Below, one piece after another: positions 63,334 to 64,000 of a stretch of DNA of 64,000 nucleotides. Location of the stretch: the NCBI GenBank assembly GCA_963761305.1, contig CAVXGK010000001.1:832001-896000 (forward strand), given 5' to 3'. The translations under genes and the position numbers were made by a program. A model generated the notes under the pieces. That model ran no database searches. It saw nothing but the letters and a program-made list of their open reading frames with translations, and was not told where the DNA came from. The stretch is from an uncultured Gemmatimonadaceae bacterium (GTDB lineage Bacteria > Gemmatimonadota > Gemmatimonadetes > Gemmatimonadales > Gemmatimonadaceae). Positions within the stretch are counted from its first letter, which is position 1, and each line of letters begins with the position of its first letter.

Positions 63334-63744
63334 TCAGAATGCCGCGAACCCGACCACGTTGCCGCCCGGCTCGCGGACGTACAGCTCGGTCGACCCGTAG
63401 AACGTCTTGTGCCGCGCTTTGACGACCGGCGCCGAGGACAGCGCGTTCTCCACCGCGTCGAGATCGGCGAGCGACGCGACCGTGAGGAACAATGCCACGC
63501 TGTGCCCCTCGAGCTCCGCCGCTTGCGCCGGGCTGTCGGCGACGACGCTCGCGCGCGTCTGGTACATGATCTCCACGCCGTCTTTCTTCACGCTGGCGAA
63601 GATCAATTTGCCGTCGGGTCCCGGCACCGCGTTCTCCTTGGCGAAGCCGAGGTTCGTCGCCCAGAAGTCGACGCACGGTTCGACGGCGTCGACGATGAGC
63701 ACGGGGGCGAGCGTTTGCATCGTGGGGGAAGCGGCGGTCATCAT
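63334..63744 (-). CDS. VOC/glyoxalase-family protein
   Basis: FWATNLGF, TFYGSTELYVREPGGNVVGF. Confidence 0.88.
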   Translation of the reverse strand: MMTAASPTMQTLAPVLIVDAVEPCVDFWATNLGFAKENAVPGPDGKLIFASVKKDGVEIMYQTRASVVADSPAQAAELEGHSVALFLTVASLADLDAVENALSSAPVVKARHKTFYGSTELYVREPGGNVVGFAAF

Positions 63745-63773
63745 GGAGCCCTTGTCCGTTGGGGTTGATGGCG

Positions 63774-63792
63774 CTAGTATAAATGATACTAG
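63774..63792. promoter_or_regulatory. Candidate PadR operator
   Basis: Perfect AT-rich inverted repeat CTAGTAT-N5-ATACTAG between the divergent VOC and PadR genes. Confidence 0.65.
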
Positions 63793-63845
63793 ACCGCCCG
63801 TCAAGCTCGAATCCGGAGCGCCTCCTGCCCAAAAAAACGTCCGCC

Positions 63846-64000
63846 GTGACATTGGCCGATCTCGTCGTGATGTCCCTCCTGTGCGAGGGGCCGCGCCACG
63901 GCTATGAGCTGTGGGCCGAGCTGGAGCGGCGACAGGTCGAGAAATGGGCGAGCATCTCCAGGCCGCAGGTCTACTACTCGCTTCGCAAGCTCGCCGCGGC
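63846..64000 (+). CDS. PadR-family regulator (3'-truncated; in-frame ATG at 63783 also possible)
   Basis: LVVMSLLCEGPRHGYEL...SISRPQVYYSLRKL; absent from the ORF track because it runs off the window. Confidence 0.85.
   Translation, partial: MTLADLVVMSLLCEGPRHGYELWAELERRQVEKWASISRPQVYYSLRKLAA

Overview
High-GC bacterial chromosomal window. Gene content and style (SprA homologue next to lptF/lptG/mlaE/mlaD) suggest Gemmatimonadota, which is an inference. In order: (1) the 3' part of a MacB-type ABC permease; (2) a tightly coupled 12-gene pectin/galacturonate operon on the - strand (GH28-CE8 fusion, DUF4861, kduI, kduD, GH105, Tat-exported GH28, exuT, kdgK, eda, uxaB, uxaA, uxaC) with a divergent ROK regulator; (3) ComEA-like and S8 protease genes, a 1.5-kb repeat-rich intergenic region and an M28 peptidase; (4) a ~2050-aa SprA-like beta-barrel gene divergent from lptF-lptG-mlaE-mlaD; (5) an amino-acid permease, cytochrome c, a mini CoxII-TM-like protein, ctaA and ctaB; (6) a 6-gene operon (DUF92, FAD oxidoreductase, flavin reductase, methyltransferase, SRPBCC cyclase, FabF-type KS) that looks like a small aromatic-lipid/polyketide cluster; (7) aquaporin, DUF1707, ppa and an aldo-keto reductase; (8) a 12.5-kb defence-type island: SNF2 helicase, type III-like Mod, RhuM, Res, a second YqhH-like SNF2, a short ORF and a YqhG-like protein carrying ~20 tandem 15-aa Cys/His zinc-binding repeats; (9) hemB, a VOC protein and a partial PadR. 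The island is the best candidate for an undescribed system. Many single-base indels, dense in the island, suggest long-read errors, so frameshifted genes may be intact in vivo. No rRNA, tRNA, CRISPR array or integrase was recognised. All family calls come from motif recognition by eye; no searches were run.
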